Virus record (IMG/VR): IMGVR_UViG_3300017747_003517
Location: 1 to 25,011 of that record
DNA: 25,011 bases
Reading direction: 5' to 3' (one strand)
Origin: a virus
Lineage: Duplodnaviria > Caudoviricetes
The position numbers and the translations under genes were made by a program. Under the pieces are notes generated by a model. The model was not told where the DNA came from. It did no database searches and worked only from the letters and a program-made list of their open reading frames with translations. Positions 23,988 to 25,011 of this stretch are shown here, in pieces; position 1 is the stretch's first letter, and each line of letters starts with the position of its first letter.

Positions 23988-24043
23988 CAGCCCCAAAACC
24001 TTCCCGTACAAACCCACCATACGCAACCTTGCTGGAGAGCAAC
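23984..24043 (+). promoter_or_regulatory. Cassette G: TTGACA-17-TACAAA, no operator, GCTGGAGAGC leader
   Basis: Repeated family member. Confidence 0.8.
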
Positions 24044-24451
24044 ATGACTTCCAACATTCCCGCCGTCAACGAAGTGTACGCCGATCTGGAGCGCGTGCTT
24101 GCGCGCCTGCAGGCCATTGACGCCGCAGCGATCGAAAGCGCTAACCTCGTCCCCATGTTGAAGGCCGTACAGTCGATCGGCGCATTCCAAGCCGCCATTG
24201 ACGCGCAACTGCAGGCCCGCGCGATCGGCAAAGGCGAACTAATCCCGGGCGTTGTCGTCAAGCCGGCGATCGTGCATCGCAAGTGGCACGATCAGGCTGC
24301 CGCCGAACAACTGGCGCAAGAGCAGTTTGGCGATGCCGCGTTTACCCGCGCGCTGAAGTCCCCCGCCCAAATCGAGAAGCTGCCCAATGGCGAAACCTTC
24401 GTCAGCGTGGCGAGCTACAAGCCCGAAGCCGGCAAACGGTTGGTGTACTGA
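24044..24451 (+). CDS. Stand-alone DUF2800 C-terminal-domain paralog (135 aa)
   Basis: G...PG...KP...RKWHD...LKSPAQIEKL...S.KPEA...Y aligns by eye to the C-terminal third of 13707-14642. Confidence 0.8.
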   Translation: MTSNIPAVNEVYADLERVLARLQAIDAAAIESANLVPMLKAVQSIGAFQAAIDAQLQARAIGKGELIPGVVVKPAIVHRKWHDQAAAEQLAQEQFGDAAFTRALKSPAQIEKLPNGETFVSVASYKPEAGKRLVY

Positions 24452-24452
24452 C

Positions 24453-24647
24453 ATGCGTACGATCGCAGTATGGCACGCCAGCCCGCAAGACGTGGCGAAG
24501 TTCTGTAATTCGCAGGGACTTTCCGAATGTCTCGTTTCCGTCGTCGCGGACAGCGAAATGCGTCACGCGTTTTGGGGCTTCTACCGCGTGACGCCAGCGC
24601 AATACGATTGCGTCAAAGCAATTAAGCGCCTGACGTGGAGGGACTGA
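24453..24647 (+). CDS. Hypothetical protein (64 aa)
   Basis: Starts 1 nt after the previous stop. Confidence 0.65.
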   Translation: MRTIAVWHASPQDVAKFCNSQGLSECLVSVVADSEMRHAFWGFYRVTPAQYDCVKAIKRLTWRD

Positions 24648-24648
24648 C

Positions 24649-24750
24649 ATGAACGCGGGTGACTGGGCTTGCGTATTCGCTGCGATATCGGTTGCATGTA
24701 CAGTCGTGGCCGCCGTCGCTGACATAATTCTGCGCGCAACGGGGCATTGA
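24649..24750 (+). CDS. Small membrane peptide (33 aa)
   Basis: Hand-translated MNAGDWACVFAAISVACTVVAAVADIILRATGH; GGAGG RBS. Confidence 0.6.
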   Translation: MNAGDWACVFAAISVACTVVAAVADIILRATGH

Positions 24751-24753
24751 TCC

Positions 24754-24957
24754 ATGAAAGCCGGACTATTCTTCGCTGCCTTGGGTGCATGGATTTGGAC
24801 TGGCGCAGTCATCGGCGGCAAGTTTCGAGCGATCCACGACCGCATCGACGTCATGCAAACCGACATAAACCAGTTGAACGCCGAACTAATGGCGCTTGAC
24901 TATAACGCGCAAAGGCGTACAAACCCGCCGCGATCGCTGGAGGAATACCGGATATGA
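24754..24957 (+). CDS. Small protein with N-terminal hydrophobic helix and coiled coil (67 aa)
   Basis: ORF track plus operon packing. Confidence 0.65.
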   Translation: MKAGLFFAALGAWIWTGAVIGGKFRAIHDRIDVMQTDINQLNAELMALDYNAQRRTNPPRSLEEYRI

Positions 24958-25011
24958 GCAAGGCAAAGCCGCTGGAGAAGATGACGAAGCCGGAGCTTAT
25001 CAAAGCTGTGA
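24954..25011 (+). CDS. Hypothetical protein, truncated by window end (MSKAKPLEKMTKPELIKAV...)
   Basis: ATGA overlap and GGAGG upstream. Confidence 0.55.
   Translation, partial: MSKAKPLEKMTKPELIKAV

Noticed and set aside
9923-24043. CRISPR mini-array (repeated motif plus a Cas4-like gene)
   Set aside because: Repeats are dispersed, lie in front of genes and have no regular spacers. The DUF2800 gene sits in its usual replication context, with no cas1 or cas2.
24968-24983. GCCGCTGGAGAAG resembling the cassette leader
   Set aside because: Inside a coding frame, imperfect and without the upstream promoter.
1-25011. Prophage or integrated element call
   Set aside because: No integrase, att site or host gene in the window, so lifestyle cannot be determined. 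L762 PolA is only suggestive.

Overview
This is a roughly 25 kb internal segment of a GC-rich tailed-phage genome, most likely a short-tailed podovirus-like phage; no host genes are visible. Positions 35-8507 hold an unusually scrambled virion module. The portal (-) is head-to-head with the major capsid (+). These are followed by P22 gp4-, gp10-, gp26- and gp7-like genes, interleaved with a SAM-methyltransferase, an antisense ORF, a VRR-NUC nuclease and a ribbon-helix-helix regulator. Positions 8689-22865 (-) carry accessory and replication genes: GNAT, family A DNA polymerase, DUF2815-like SSB, DUF2800 Cas4-like nuclease, SF2 helicase, primase-polymerase/AAA_25 and many small ORFs. The strand switches at about 22.9-23.15 kb across a dense cluster of TCCCTAGGGA-like palindromes, and small (+) genes follow. 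The most striking unexplained structures are: (i) seven dispersed promoter + operator + GCTGGAGAGC-leader cassettes driving small orphan genes; (ii) a second TGTCATACA motif linking the RHH gene, the portal and the replication operon; (iii) apparent total absence of GANTC with strong excess of CGTACG; (iv) a stand-alone, nuclease-less paralog of the DUF2800 C-terminal domain. An alphaproteobacterial host is inferred, not shown. Terminase, scaffold, tail fibre, lysis and integrase genes are not seen in this window. All family calls come from motif recognition by eye, with no database search.
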